Origin: Oikopleura dioica | Taxonomy: Eukaryota; Animalia; Chordata | Assembly: GCA_907165135.1 (NCBI GenBank) | Contig: OU015568.1 | Location: 15,387,208-15,451,207 of the forward strand | Length of the DNA: 64,000 nucleotides | Direction of reading: 5' to 3' | Made by a program: the position numbers and the translations under genes | Shown here: piece after piece, positions 26,601-41,238 of the stretch | How positions within the stretch are numbered: the first letter of the stretch is position 1 | Layout: every line of letters begins with the position of its first letter | Notes under the pieces: generated by a model | Told to the model about the DNA's origin: nothing | Databases searched by the model: none | Seen by the model: the letters and a program-made list of their open reading frames with translations, nothing else

Positions 26601-29600
26601 TTCGCGGTTATCTGCTGATTTCGAGAAAGTCGCGACGCAGTGTTTTCATTCCTCCGCTTACTTCCGCCACTTTGACTAGATAGCTCAACCAGCTTCTAGT
26701 CGAGAAATAACATTAAATATTTTTGAAAGGTACTCTCTCAAAAAACGCTTAGAAAATCAAACTACGAAAATCGAAAAAGGTCTTTTTTGATGAAAATATT
26801 TTCCCCTAAAATTTTTACTTCAAATTTGTCTTGTAAAAATGATCATTTTCTAAGCAAAAGTAATTTACATAAAAGGTATGCAAGTTGTTTGACCGATACT
26901 GCGCCCAAAATCCGCTAGGCTTTGAGGGTGGACCCTGTCTCTCTAATCCCCCCATTTTCGGCGCTGAACTGTCAAGTCTACGGCTCGGTAAAAATCGTGG
27001 TTTTCGTTGAACCGTCCGATTCCAATTATGGGCTTTGATCTGTCTGCCCCAGATCACGAGACTTGAGTTGTTCCTCCGCCAAAGTACCTAGTCGCTATAT
27101 CGCGCGAAAAATACGCAACCGCTGACGCCAAATACGCGAAATCGGGAGCTGATAACACCCAACCACTCACTTGATTAAGCCGGATTATGATTTTAGCCCA
27201 GCCGGCCGTTGTTTTCGTGATAAAAGACCCCCTAGTTTAACCATCCTTCGTACTTCCAAGGAGATAAGTTTTGTACTCAGCAAAAGATTTGGGAAGTAGA
27301 CGGCTTAAACTTTGTTTGACTAAAGAAGTGGTCTTAGCAAATTGCTAAGATTATGCTACTCAGATTATCTGAGTAGAAACCTGAGTCAGGGTTCTAACAA
27401 GAAAAAGCTTATTGATTTTGCAAAGTCAAACCCTCGTCTTTCTCATTTCTTAAAATTCAGACAATATGATTGGCAGAGACTTAATCAAATAGCGCCATCA
27501 TTCGGCTGATCAAATTAAAATTTCATAAATAAGAAGCAAAAAAGGTCTGATTTTCAGTGAAAATTCTATTTTGAGATCGAAAAAACCAATAATTTTTCGA
27601 TCCGAAATTGGAACCGAAAATAAAACTTTGTTATTTTTCAAAGTGAAAATTCATCCGCATAGTGTCGGTCCAACATAATGATTATCCTTACAGGAAAGCT
27701 CAGAATATCCACCTTGAAAAAAGAAGAAAGCGATCCTGCTTATCCCGATTGCGAAATCCGCTCCGGCCGGAATTATTGCAATTTTGGCAATTTTAAAGCT
27801 CTAAAAGAAGAGCTTGAATATTTTGGTTTCTTACGGCTGGGGAACAGGATTGAATCATGTGGGGCTTCATTTAATTTTAGTGTTTTGAAAACTTTGGGGC
27901 TAATTAATTGCCCGTTTATTACCAATGCAGATGATACTTTGTAACTTTGAAAATAAAGTTTGTCGAGGGGTGAAATGAGAACATCAAAACTCGTGAGATC
28001 GAAAATAAAAAATATCTTTGAAACAACCCTGTTTGGCACAGTTTACTTCTCTCTCCTTTTTTGATAATAGGCTATTTAATAATATTAATAGGCCATTATG
28101 AGTTGTTATGATCAATATTTGAGCATCGCGAAATTTGTTGATGATAGTATCATCATGATACTGTTTTTTACTAATAATTATTGATGTAACATTTGCATCA
28201 TCCTTTGAGCTTGTTGATCGAATAATTAAACCCAAGTGCCAACAAGAAGATTTTTATTTCGTAGAAATCGATGTAAATGAATATTCGATAATATCTTGCA
28301 TTCAAAACAATATAAAATTAATCATTCTTTGCTAAGTGAGACTTTTTTCTTTGAAAAAAAATATGGATGAATGCCATAAAATGAACAGAAAAAGGGCTAT
28401 TCAATAAATTAAATTAGGGTGTACCCATGTTAAATTTTGGCTAAAAGAGTGAAGATGCTTCAAATTCATCCAGTAAATCTATTGTCTTGAATTAGATTGA
28501 AAGAAAACAGTAAGAAGTCTGTTATAGCGCCTGTTAAAAGTTTCAAGTGGCCGGAAACCATGATTTGACTTGTCTAAGGATTAAATAGAAGTGCTTCTTT
28601 TAAAATTTCGCTAAGGCGAGCACTTAACACGTCAGCTTCCATTCTTTTTCAACCCTTTTCCGCAACGTGCTGATTTTCTTCTCTCAGCTTTTTTGAAGTG
28701 AGATTGAAGGAAGCCCGAGATTTATCTCTAAGCCAGTGCTAGAGATAGCGCCGACTTGTTTCAAATGTTTTTCGCTGATGAAAAACAGGTGCACTCGAAG
28801 TCACCGAAAAATCACACTTTAGCGGGGAGACAAGCCGGATTTGAAGCTCTTGGCGCGACCCAACAAACATGAAATGCGCCGAGCCCGCTTCGTTTATTTT
28901 TGCGCGAGAGGCAGCTCGAGATTTGATCAATGTCGTGCTACAAAAACTAATCTAATGACTCTTTTAATGAGTTGATTAGACGGACAATCCGTTCTCAAGA
29001 TAATCAAAAGTGCATGCGAAGCGATTTGAAAAAGAGCTATTTTTGGGTATTCAAGCCACAGATATCAGCTAAAAAGATATCAGGAAAAAATTGGAGGCTT
29101 AGGAGAAAATCTTCTGCATTACCAAAGTTTCTCATCGTGGGGCGATAAGAAAACCGGAGAAGGGGAGATACTGACGCCATTTGACGTCGCCAGATTTCGA
29201 CCCCATAACGCGATTAATTTGGAAACAAACCCTTGGCTTTAGAGTTTGATAAACTCCTTCCTGCGCTCTGTTTATCGCTCTCAACGAGGAGTCCTCGTTT
29301 TTCTCATTTAATTTTGAGATTTTTAATTGCTAAAACTTTAATAAATATTTCAGCAATTATCTTTGCTAAGAGATACGCTCATTTATATCATTTTTTCATT
29401 GTATTTTGCGTAAATTTTTAGTCATCAAAAGAGCCCCTGTTTATAAGCAAAAGTTTACCTTAGACACAAGGGTGGGCTTCCTACAGATTGTATTTGTTGC
29501 GGCACTAAAGCCTCTCGTATATTTAACTAATGCTAGGGAGTTAAAAACGCAAGCTCTAATGTTTAGGGACCAAGTGAAAGGAACGTGTTCATTCTCGAGT

Positions 29601-30442
29601 TATCCTTGATTCAAAAGAAAGGGTCTTTTCATTTTTATTCTGGAGTTTTATTGATTTTAGCGAAACATTTTTACAACAGCTCATCTGATTTGTTTTCTTC
29701 GAGATCAAAACCGTGCTGGCCGCCGACAGCGCGGAACCGAATTCACCGCAAAGCTCAGAACTTCCGGCAAAGCGCCTTGAGAAACGTAAGCTCATTAAAA
29801 TCAATTGAACGTTGCCTCCAAAATATTGTCACAAAAAGTTAATAAAAGGACATTATCATTTTCTTTGTTTTCAAAAATTTCTTTTTTCTTTTCGTGAAGA
29901 GCAAAATTATAATTTGGTTTAGCTTCGTTGGCAGAAGTGCCACCTGTTCTGGTGTTGTATATGCGGCGGGCAGTGGTCGCTGCGAATAAAATTTCGCAAG
30001 TAAGAGCTTATTGAACATTTTTTGACGGGTAGATTAGCATTTCAAAGCCGTTCAGCTGAGCTAAGAACGCGAGAGTTACCGAACTAGCGCGCGGCACTTG
30101 TGTAGAAGGTCCGCCGCCGCGCCGATGCGGTTCAAAATTTGCATGCGGCCCAGTTCACAACTTCACTCACTGTAATCGTTTAGTCACTCGTGTTATCCCC
30201 AAACGATAACTATTTCTCTCGCGTTAACGTTGTTTAACCAGCCCCGATTTTCGGGAACAAGACTCATCCTCGACACGCTTTTGTTTTAACTCAAAACTAC
30301 AGGAATATGCTCAGATGTGCTCGTAACACGTGCTTTTTATCGAAATTAAATTCAGGGCGAGAATTTGATGATAAGGATTTTGCATCACATAGGCTCTTTG
30401 TACTACCATATTAATAAGGCTTAACCCTTTTTTTTGTCTTAA

Positions 30443-30817
30443 GGAGGGGGTCGACGAGAATCGGGATTTCTGTGACCAAAAATGTGGGAAAACCTGATCA
30501 GATAGGCAAAATCTGAATTTATTTGCAAATAGAAAAGGGTTGAAAAAATTAACCGGCGAGAAGAAGAAAAAATTTTGGCCAGAAAAAATCGGTCAAAAAT
30601 GCCGTCAAAGTAGGGGCATTTTCGCGAAAATGCACCAAAAATAGTCATTTATTTTACATTTTTCTTAATTTCACCCGCTAAATCTTATTTTTATCGAATG
30701 ATTTTAGGCTCAACAGATTCGTGAGGATCTGTAGATTCCAAAAATATATGATTCATGCACAGACCATGTGTATACTCGAAATTACGATCACCCCTGAAAA
30801 ATTCTCGTCGACCCCCC
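30443..30817. mobile_element. TTAA-flanked MITE
   Basis: TTAA|GGAGGGGGTCGACGAGAAT at the left end and ATTCTCGTCGACCCCCC|TTAA at the right end. Confidence 0.75.
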
Positions 30818-32200
30818 TTAATCTGAGAGGAAAAAATGAGATTCAATTTTTGAAAATAACGGTTATTATTTCCGCTGCTCCCAATGGCTTAATCTTTCCT
30901 GGAGGCTTTCGGTTAAACTGGGTTTAACGAGCTCGTTATTTGTTTTCTAAAATTTGGCGTCCATCAAGGAGCGATTAATTGATGCAACGGGCGGAGCCAA
31001 AAAACCGGTGAGCCCAAAATCAAGGGGGCAAGGTCATCTGTTATAATAAACAGCATGCGGTCAATTAAGCGGGTGGAGGAGCCGCAGCAGCGTCGCGATT
31101 TTTCTGAAGCAGCTACTAAGCGTGACTTCAAGTCACTGACTTGTCAATTTTGCGACTGGGAGACGACCCAACCCTTCTGCTAAAAGCGACCAGTTACAAG
31201 ATCCTCTAGCTTGACTTTTTAAGCCTCTTTTCTAAAATTATACAATTCGAAATTGCCTGATTATGCGTAACAGCGATTAGCCAATTAGCCCGATTTCTTT
31301 GTTGAATCTTTTTCAGCTTCGTAAAACTTTAAGCCGCTAGATACTCGGCTGGATAACCTCTTTCGGGGTGAACTTTTCTTCGTCGAAGATTGTATTTTTA
31401 TCTGCACCTGGATGAGCCCAGAATGTGAGCATAGCGTAATGAGGCGATAACGGAAGGATTTTAGTCGTTTTTCACTGTTATATCCGATTTAGCTAAGAAA
31501 CTTGTTCACCTATGAAAACTCAATAAAGCAGCTTAGTCGGGGCCCTGGTAACTACCCAAATTCAGACTCAGGTGGACGGATGGCCGAACAAAAACTGGAT
31601 TTTTTCGATGACTTACCCCCTTATTTCTTGTTTTCGTGTAAAAAAGCTGCTCTAAAAAGCGCCCTAGAAAAAGATAAGAGTTTGTTCTTTTCACATTCCT
31701 TGCTCAATTACTTCTTTGTTGAAAGTAATAGTAATTGGAGGTGTGAGTTCTGTTATCAACAAAACGTTACTTTCTTATCAGCCTCGCTACTTTAGTGAAA
31801 ATTTGCAAGGAAAAGCGAAAAAACCTTCTAAACCTCGTGATCGCTTCTCAAACCGTCGCGAAGTAACGCAACTACCACTGATAAGAAAATTTTAAGGAAA
31901 CCGAAAGCAATCGAAGACGACTCCGCGGCTGCTCAGAAGAGTCTTTCTCGATTAGGTACAGCTGCACACGTGAGAAAGTGAAAAAATGGGTCGAAATTTC
32001 AGCTTATTTTAAGGACGAATCAATCATAAGAAGAATCTTGAGCTCTTTGCGTTTTTCTTGCGCAAATAAGCGCGAAAAATAAGCGGTGAAGTTACGATTC
32101 ATTAGTCATGGCCTCACGTGAGCAGTCTTTTATGTCAATTTTACGATCTTCCGCGATCAAAAAAAAAGTGAAAATCAACGCCAATTGAGAAAATACAATG

Positions 32201-32640
32201 AAGAATGAAGAGTTGAAGTTTGAAATTCATCTCTGAAGGTAATTTTAAAGTTTTATTGAAGACTTATTTCTTATACTTCTTTTAGATTATAAAATGCACC
32301 GTTAATAACAGCCCTCTTACGTGATGAGAAATTTCGTCAACGTCGAGATATTCCAAACCAGTGGCGAGGCGAAACAGGATTGCCTTGGCTGGATCACAAC
32401 CATGGAAAAGTGCGACTGCGATCTTCGAAGCCGACTGAAGAAAGAAGATCTCAACTTGGAAGAAAGAAAGAAAATAGCGATTGGAATACATGAGGACGAA
32501 GATTATTTGAAGAGCGTTGGAATCAAACACATGGACATAAAACCGGAAAATATTTTTTTGAAGTCAAATGGATCGACTTTGGAACTTTTGGATGATGATG
32601 GACTCAAGAAGAAAGAGATAACGACAAATGGGCTACACTC
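32201..32640 (+). pseudogene. Third, truncated and degenerate copy of the same kinase family
   Basis: KNEELKFEIHL is followed by an intron at the family position, then QDCLGWITTMEKCDCDLRSRLKKEDLNLEERKKIA, very close to the 11-kb copy, and HMDIKPENIFL. KWIDFGT lies in a shifted frame, and a stop precedes RQMGYT. No protease part is visible. Confidence 0.8.
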
Positions 32641-33219
32641 CTCAATATATTCAGCACACGATTAAGTCCTTCTCCGCTCTCAATTCATTATTGTTTTAAC
32701 TCAAAATAAATTTTAATATTGAAAATAAATGTGTTTTTAAAATTCAAAAAACTGTTTCTAAAAATTTTGATGCACCCTAAATCTTTCTTCATGTCCTTTT
32801 AATCCGTCTAGATGTCTTTAGATGTCGCCGAAAGTGCATTTTAACATTTCGAGAGCATCACCTGGACGTGAAGAGATATAGTAATTGTAGTGGAGGCTCC
32901 TTAATTCATGTTTTTCGAGCGCAAAGGATTAGCCGAAAATCACGGAGCAGTTTTTCCAATTTCCCGAAAAATCACAAACCGCGAAACTGCTCTTTTCTGT
33001 TCACGTTTTGGGTCCCTTCACGTTCAGCGGTTCTGCCAAAATTGCATTATTTCTTTGCGCAATACTTGCAGACGGCATTCATGCATAATTATTCTGTTCC
33101 TTGAAATACTCGGGCTGGAATTTTTGTCTCGCAATTTTTGAATGAGTTTTTTTTTTGAGAAATTTTTTCCGGTTTCGAGAAAAATCAGAAACAGAGGTCC
33201 AAGTCTTTAATTTGTATCA

Positions 33220-33590
33220 AGCTAATCTAGCTAAGCTGAAAAGAAAAAAAAGCTTAGCTCGCCGATTTTCTTGACAAAAAAGCTATGCTGAAGGATCTTT
33301 TCCCTATGTCTAAAAGATGCTTCAGCCTGGCTAAGATGGTCGACATTTGGACTAAGCTAAGCTGAAATGAAAATAAAAGGGGGTGAGCTAAGCTAGCTTT
33401 GCTGAGGTGGAAATTAAGCTTGGGTAACCGATATTCCAAAACTTAGCTAAGCTAAGCTGACCTGAATTTATTGGAAAATAATTAAGCTAAGCAAAGCTAA
33501 GCTAAGCCTCCTACAGTAGAAGTTCTACTCCTAGACATCTAAGCCTAGTTGTCGTAGCTTGCTAAGCCTATGATTCCTAAGCCTAAAAAT
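33220..33590. repeat. Degenerate (TAAGC)n-rich repeat, with a related copy at about 57240-57370
   Basis: Repeated AGCTAAGCTAAGC motifs on both strands. Confidence 0.7.
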
Positions 33591-36500
33591 CACAGCTCTG
33601 TAGAGAATGATATCTTGTCTGGAATCAAGACTTACTGGTACATACGTCTCGTTGTAAAACTGTTCTGAGAAGCAAAAGTGGCATTTTATGTTTCTGATTA
33701 AATATTATGGGCTTAACAACATTTGTGATACGATTTAACAATGTTGTGATCATGTCAGATCGCGAGCTGGGGTGCGCGAAATCCCTGGCACGCGGTTTTA
33801 GAATGCTCAATTCACTTCAGAAGCAAGAGACATTTATACCTTTTCTTTCTTGAAACTTGTTTTCGTAACAGGTAAAATTAAGCAAAAGGGGTAAACTGGC
33901 TAGGCGCGTGGGAAGGGGCTGCGCTAGAAATTTCTTTGTAAAGAGAGACGTTTGTTTGTCGGATTATATCAGCATACTTTTTCATGCCGCTCGAAGAGAG
34001 TCCAAAATAAATGACGCGCTAAAAATGTCTGTATGTACTCTGGAATGTCGATTCCATGCATTGCAGACGCGACGAAACCACTAAAAGGCCGCGACGATGC
34101 TAAATTTCTACTTTAGGATCACGCGATAAGACATCTGTGACCCTCCAGTGGCCACTAAAAACTACATTGACAAGTTGAAGCTGTTACGGATTCGATAGCT
34201 GTGAGAAGTACAGTTTTCACTTTCGAATATTCAATTTTTTTTTTGAAAAAAAACGACTTTATTAACAATATCAAGCATTCTGATTGGCTCAGATAGGAAG
34301 CCTATAGCTTGACCAATCAGAGGCTTGATTGAAAAAGTCGTTATCCGATGAGACAGTTGTAGCGATTTTATTCATTGGGAGACCCTTAAAATCGAAATTT
34401 AAAGAAGGCCTTCTTACAGTAGTAAAAAAGTAATGCTCTAATCCGTCAAGTAATGAAGGTTTTAGATGGGCCCTTATTGTTTAAAAAGTTGCGCGTCTCG
34501 TTCGTTTTGTAGAAAGAGTCCCTTATAATGATGGTCATCATTTGGTGCGGCGTCGAATAATCACCAGGTGGCGTCAGCTGCATCCTCGAGGGTTTCGTTT
34601 TCGCGATTACCACCGCTGATGATACCTTCTCTTTTGTAGAGCAGAGCATACTTGCGCATTATTACGCATTCTCTAGCTTTTTTTGAAATGCTGACTTTGG
34701 ATAAAGCAAAACGTTAAACGTTTTTGAAACTACTGTGACTCGGTTGTTACAGTTCTTTCCGAATTCTTGAGCAAGAATAGCCAGATTTGCATATTCCCTT
34801 AGTTGGACAGGGCGATTGGAAGTCATCATCAAAAAATCATCGCACGAGTCAGAAAAAAACGCGATTATCGAATCTTAAAAGAGCTCCTCATTAACCATTC
34901 TAATTCATCTTCCCTTCCACTTTTTCCCAAAGCATTTTCTCATTTTGGAACTTCCAAATTCGTGAGTTATTTTGGACCAAATACTTGGCTAAAAGATTCA
35001 AAATAATTTCATTCAGTCAGTCAAATTTACGGATGAAGGCGATTTCCTCTGAAAAATTGACCGTTTTTTCAATCAATAAGGGTGTTACTGCAGTAACTCT
35101 TAAATAAAACCCATATATAAATGACCACAAAAATCCCGATTATTTGACAAACTAATGGATTTTCTCCAATAAAGAATGTAAAAAGATTCTAAATTGGATC
35201 GTCGCTTGCAACAATCCCTTGAGAAAATCGACATGATTAGGTTATTCAACGTGCATGTCCTATCTGCCCGTTGCGACATGGCAACACATGGAATGGATGA
35301 CGGCAATCAAAAGTTATGATCTGGAATTTGGCCCTATCAAGCGCGCAAACATGCTAGAGCCATGCTTGAGTCCTCTCCGCTTTCTCCGAAACTTTTCTTG
35401 CAACATTCACCCATTTTCCTTGAAACTGCTAAAAGGACTCGTCGAAATATAAACTTGATTTTATGTTTTGGTTGTTATACCTCTTCGTGATTGTTCCAAG
35501 GAGAAAAGAACCAGTTTAGAAACGCGTTGTTTATAAATATCAACCGCATCTTTCTTTTGCGACTCCTGCCCAGCTTCTTTCGTTTTTCAAATGTTAATTT
35601 CAGGCTTCTATTTACCTGACCTGCATTCGAGAACAACACTTGGACTTTGAGTATCTTTGAAGAAGCTTTTCGCATTCAACGGAATTCGCGAGGTGTTACA
35701 GCACATTTCTAGCTTCGGTTCAAACAAAGAAGGTCTTATCCCCACGTTTTAAAAGTCGCAATCGCTGCTGATATGCAACAGCGAAAGTTTTTTCCGCTGA
35801 AAATGGAAATATAGGCTTTTTGGAAAAAGCGACGATTTTTTATCATCAAAGGCCCATCATGTTTAATTTTACCCGAAAATAGCGCCACGTGAATGAGTTG
35901 CATAAACGAAGACTTTTAGAAATGGACGATTTTTAACGCCGTAAAACTCCATTTCACGTTTGTTTGAAAAAAGATCAACCCAAGAAGTGCAAATATATCA
36001 ACAATTGAAGCTCAAAGAAGGCTCTAAATTCCCCGAATTTCAAAGCTTGCCGATTTTGTTTGGCAATTTCAAAACAAGGGTCGCACTCTCACTTTATTTA
36101 TTTCCGAAGGATCAACGGGATGGCATTTTTAAGCAAAGTTTATTTTCAAAAATGTGTCTCTGAAAATCAGATTCTGATTTTTTATTCTTCTGAAAAAAAA
36201 CTAAGTAAAAATACAGTTTTTCCCATTCTTTGCCACTTCCGATGCTGCTGGTCTAGAACAACCGCATTGTATTTGCTGCAATCTTTACTCTTGCGCCTTG
36301 ATCGGATGTTGCCCTTACCACAGGTCCTTGACAAGGATGATCGAAGCGATATCGTTCTCCGATCTGAAAAGTTTCCAACCGCTCCGAATTTTTCACCGAA
36401 GATGACTAACAATCCTCAAGTATGCCTTATCCCGATAAGATAAAAGCCAAAGAAAAGTTGGACAACGGAAAATTCAAGATATCAAAAATGAAATCGAGAA

Positions 36501-39500
36501 TGAAGACGAAAGCTAATAATTTATTATTAAAAATTTGAAATTGGTAGCGGCGTATTGTAAAAATTTAAGTGCATCCGGTTGTTTCGGGGCAGACGTGATT
36601 GCATTCACGGAGGAAGCTTAATATTTGTTCACTTTGGGGATCGCCTCATTTTCTAAAAATTTGTCAAAGTGCTGACACCTTCAAATAAATCGGACCTTTC
36701 CTTTCCGAGAAAAACGGCCGGAAAAAAATCATTTTTTTCTTAAATATAACTGCCACGTAATTGAAAGGTTGAAAAATATCTCCATCATCCTTTTTCCTTG
36801 CCGCTTACGCAACAAGAATCAAATTTGGATTTTCGTCGGAGCTGGAAAAACAACCGGACGTTACACCGCAGACAACCGCCCAGACCAAACGAATTTTGAC
36901 GCGAATCACACGTGGAATTTTCGACTCTTTGCTTTTGCTCGTAATGGCTGAGATAATAACCAAGATTGGGGCGGACTAAAATCCGGTCAAATTAAATGTG
37001 AAATTTTGAGTTTTCGGAAAGATTCTTGATGACGACCTTAAATTCGTCTTCAATTTTCGCTTTATCAAGCCACGTTTTTTTATATCTTCAAAATTCCTTT
37101 CCGAAATTGACTTCAGGGATCTGTGATTTATTCAATGAAAATCTTAAGAACTATCCTTTCTAGTTTATTCTGTAATAAACTATAAATATCAACATCAGTA
37201 TCAGCAAAGTGAGCGGGCAAACATAAGACGCATAAGATCGATAATCCGGTGGAGTAGGAAAATTTATGCCGCAGAGAAATTCTCCTTTTTCATTTGGATT
37301 CTGAAATGATCGAATCGTCTCCATCAGAATTGGAAAATCAAGCGATTCAGAGGTCATTTTGTGCTGGACGTTTCGGCCCATTCGGGAAATACTTTCGTGG
37401 TCTTTCAAAGGGGTCTTTTCAGAATCAGCAAAATAAAATCTTCAAGTCAAAATTTTAAACCCTCTTCCCTGTAAATAAGCATAAAGGCGGATCGTTCAGG
37501 TACTGAAATATATTATTATTTTCCCTAAAAAATCCGAATCAGATGGCAAAAATATTTATGAAAAAACGTTGAATCTTGAACAACGTCTTTTTCAGCGAAT
37601 AACTGATCTTGTGTTTATCAACAAAAGCGTCTGTTTTCGTGAGGATTAATGACAAAATTTCGCTCAATGATTTTTACTGTTACAGTACCTGATCAAGAAA
37701 ATATGAGCAGCAAGCGGGCCTTTTGAGCAGTAGAAGACATTCTTCTACTTTTTTCTTTAAAATCTGCACCAAATGAAAACACTAGAAGAAAAACAAGAAA
37801 AGGGTTTTAAAGCTGACGCGAATAAATACAGGCGACGGAGAGAATTAAGCCAACGGAAAGCGACAGTTAAATTTGCGGAGCTTCCAACGGTTCCTCCGTC
37901 GGGGATTTGACCAAATCTCCGCTTGTGATTAATAAAAGCAACTTCGGCGAAGCGCGGTTTACTCCACGAAATCACCGAACAAAATAGGAAAATGCACGAA
38001 GAAAAGCTTTCTTTTCTTTGGTTCTTTTTCGAATGTCAAAAATCGAGCCAAAGAAAAAAATTTAAAAGTTGAATTTTGAAGAGCTTTCTCGTCAAAATCG
38101 AAGCAAAACCGATTTCATGGGTTCTACCCCCTTAAAATAAGAGACCCTTATTTTAATCAAGAGTTTCGAAAGCATTTACGACTAAGAATTAATATCACCA
38201 GCTGCTCGGAAATTCCTCCGTTTTCGATATTTTCCCGCAATTTTGTTAGTCCATACTTACGTTGATACAGAGATCATCCCTGCAACTGGCATGGGAAACG
38301 ATAATGGTCTGAATAGGACTCGGTGTCGTGCTACTAAACACAAGCGAGGATTTTCTCACGTGAGCGGTCATTCAGCTTCTTTTCTCCTTCTCCCTTGCTT
38401 ATTTTTCGCCTCCTGCCGGTTTCTTTCTAAAAGAAAAAGAAAGGAGCTGATGGTGTTTTGAACACAGCAACATGTGTTGTAATTACGTTTGTTGCTTATT
38501 CGGGGCGAATTTTGTTTTTGTCCAAATCAATTTAAATTAGCTCGTTCCATTTTTTATCACATTATCAAAAGCGCTCTATTAAAGCAAAAAACGAAAAGGA
38601 CTATATTTTTCTCTGAAATAAGGATTTGCATAAGCAGGCATTTTTTATCTATTGCGGGTTTTTACTTTTAGACTCAGATACTACTGTAAAGAATCAACAA
38701 TAAGGAGTCTTTAGGTCTGTCAATATCGACAAAACATAATATATGACCATCCATAAAAAGTCTTCATATAAAAAATTCATTAAAAACCTAAAAAACATTA
38801 AAAATATCAACGAATCCTGGACAGAGAAATTTATCTTTTCCTTCAAAAAATTTTAAGTTTTAAATCACTAATTTTGTTAATATTGCGCTTTAAAAAAAAA
38901 TAAAAAAAAAACATTATTTTTTTGCTTTCAAGAACCCTTACCCTAACCCTTACCTAAATCCGAACTCTAACCCTCACCCTTACTTTTAGCAATCTTATGA
39001 CCTTGAGTTTATGCTAACCCTAGCCCTAATTACAAAAAAATAATACCTTTACCAACATACCTGATACTTTTTCTACTTTTGAGTTCTCGCGAAATCGTAC
39101 TGTTTATTAATAGAATATGGGCATTATAACGCGTGCAGCTGCATAATTCAGTCGAATCGATCTGCACACTTCCCTTATTATGTCGACTGGAGTGATGGGA
39201 GGAAATTGAATTAAAAATTTTCTGTTCAGAGTGTCCAATTTATTCCCAAAAGCTGCCCAATCGATTTCTCTACTTGTCAAGCTCGCAAAATGCAGAAAAT
39301 ATGCAGCGCGCTTTTTTTTCAATCAGGGATGAACTCGATTCTACAAATTTTAATTTGGAATGAATAGACTTGAGTCCAGGACCCAGACGTTAATCTAAAT
39401 AATTGCCTCGCTCTTGCCCAGTTCAAAGTTCAACCGATTAATTTCTATTCAAGAATAAAGAAGGAAAGAATTAAAAATAAATCAAAATTTTCCCAAGTCT

Positions 39501-40216
39501 CCGAGACTCAGAAGAATAACCCGAGGCAACAAAAAGTTCAACATTCGTTGTTCCTTGCAGATTTAGAACTAAATGTCGGCGTTGCCGATCCGATGATATG
39601 ATACGCTATCTTCAATTTTATGAGTCCGCCGTTCAAGCGTAAACCTTTCAGTTGAATAAAGAGAAAATTTATAAAATGAAGCACGTGCGCTCTCTGGAAA
39701 TATGAATCTGATGAATTGAGACTTCAAAGAAAAATCATTTATAATCCGTTAAAATTTTGCCAATTTCACAGTTGACGAAAACTCCTGCAACCCTTGAATT
39801 AAATAAAATGATCAATAACTATTCTGTCTGAATTACATTTATTCATTTGACAGGCTCAATGTTTTCTTTACTCAAAACAAAGCGCAGGGAATAATTTTTA
39901 GTAAGTACAGTAATTCAGCTTGTTACTGGGCAGAGGCTACTGGTTTTGAAATTAGCATGCGGAGGTCGATTAAATTTGTAACTGCTTGATTCCCGATTTG
40001 TTTTTTTCTGAAATCGAAAACGCTCCGGAAAGTGGAAAACTCGAATCGCAGTTCTTGAGACTCGGAAGAGCAAAGTGGCCGAGACGATCACGGAAGTGAT
40101 TTTTAGCCGGCTCCTTAAAGCTGCTTTTCAGATGCCAATCTTACTCGACTATTTCTGGAACACGTTCTTAAAAATTCTAAAAAGTAGCAGCTTCAATTTT
40201 ACTCTAAGCTCGACGG

Positions 40217-40331
40217 CCTGTGTAGAAAACCTGAGTCAGCAACCGGTGTTGAATTTCTGATTCAGGATTTTAAGAAGCGTTAATGAAAGAACCGCGCTCT
40301 ATAAAATCCTAACTCAGGTTTTCAACAGAGG
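40217..40331. mobile_element. CCTGAGTCAGG family MITE
   Basis: CCTGTGTAGAAAACCTGAGTCAG and CCTAACTCAGGTTTTCAACAGAGG. Confidence 0.7.
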
Positions 40332-41238
40332 TTGCCGAGCCAAGATTTTAGATCGGTTGAACTTCAACTTTGTCATTTTATTAAACAATGGATCGGCTTG
40401 TTAGTATTTTAGAAAGTTCTGATTTTGACATTGCTGCGAATCAACAACGCGGTGGTCCTCGAAACCGACTGTTTGTTTTGGCGAGAAAATGCGGAATTTA
40501 TTTCGATTTTAAGGCGGCGCTCTCGGTAAAAAGTTGGAGAAATCTTACGTTTTCTGAATATTTGAATATTTTTTCAACGCGTCCGATTCCGAAAATCGAT
40601 CTTCTCAAGCCTCCGGGATTACGTCCAGTCAGCCCTTAATCGCATCCGAAGGTGGTCTTTCTTGAGGTTTCTTGGAGCCTGAGCTGATTATCAATTCCCT
40701 CACTTTTTTTCTTCTCTTTCGCAATTTCATTTTAGGCAATGTTGACTTTGGACCCCCAGAAAATCCCGATTGATTCTGCCCGCCATCTTAAACCGGTTAC
40801 TCTTGTAGCTGCATGCGGAGTATCTGCACGTTGATATGCAAAAATGTGACACTCCGTCGAGATGATAAAAGTAATTAAAATTTCATAAGGAGAACTTGCG
40901 CTTCTAAATTTGCGCTATCAGAAAGTCAAGATCCAATTTGAATCTGATTTCCTTTCGCGCGTCAAATCAGACGGATTTTCTAAACCCCTGCGCTTCCCAA
41001 ACGACAATAAACGTTATTTCCGCTTTTTTCGATAGAAGTCAAAATGAAAGCGTAGTTTGAAAATCCGCCGTTTTGAAAAAAAATTGAGCTCAATGACATT
41101 TTTTTTTAATTTTTTTATTTCCCCGAAAAAGTAATAATGATCTTTTCATGCAGTCATCTCAAATATTTGTCTTTCATGCAGAGCCCCATTTTTTTATTTT
41201 CCTGAGAAATTTCGGACTCTAGCTTTTCTTCTTCAAAG

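Noticed and set aside
30085-30150. tRNA or SINE-like A and B boxes (TAGCGCGCGG, GGTTCAAA)
   Set aside because: No cloverleaf could be folded and no second copy was seen.
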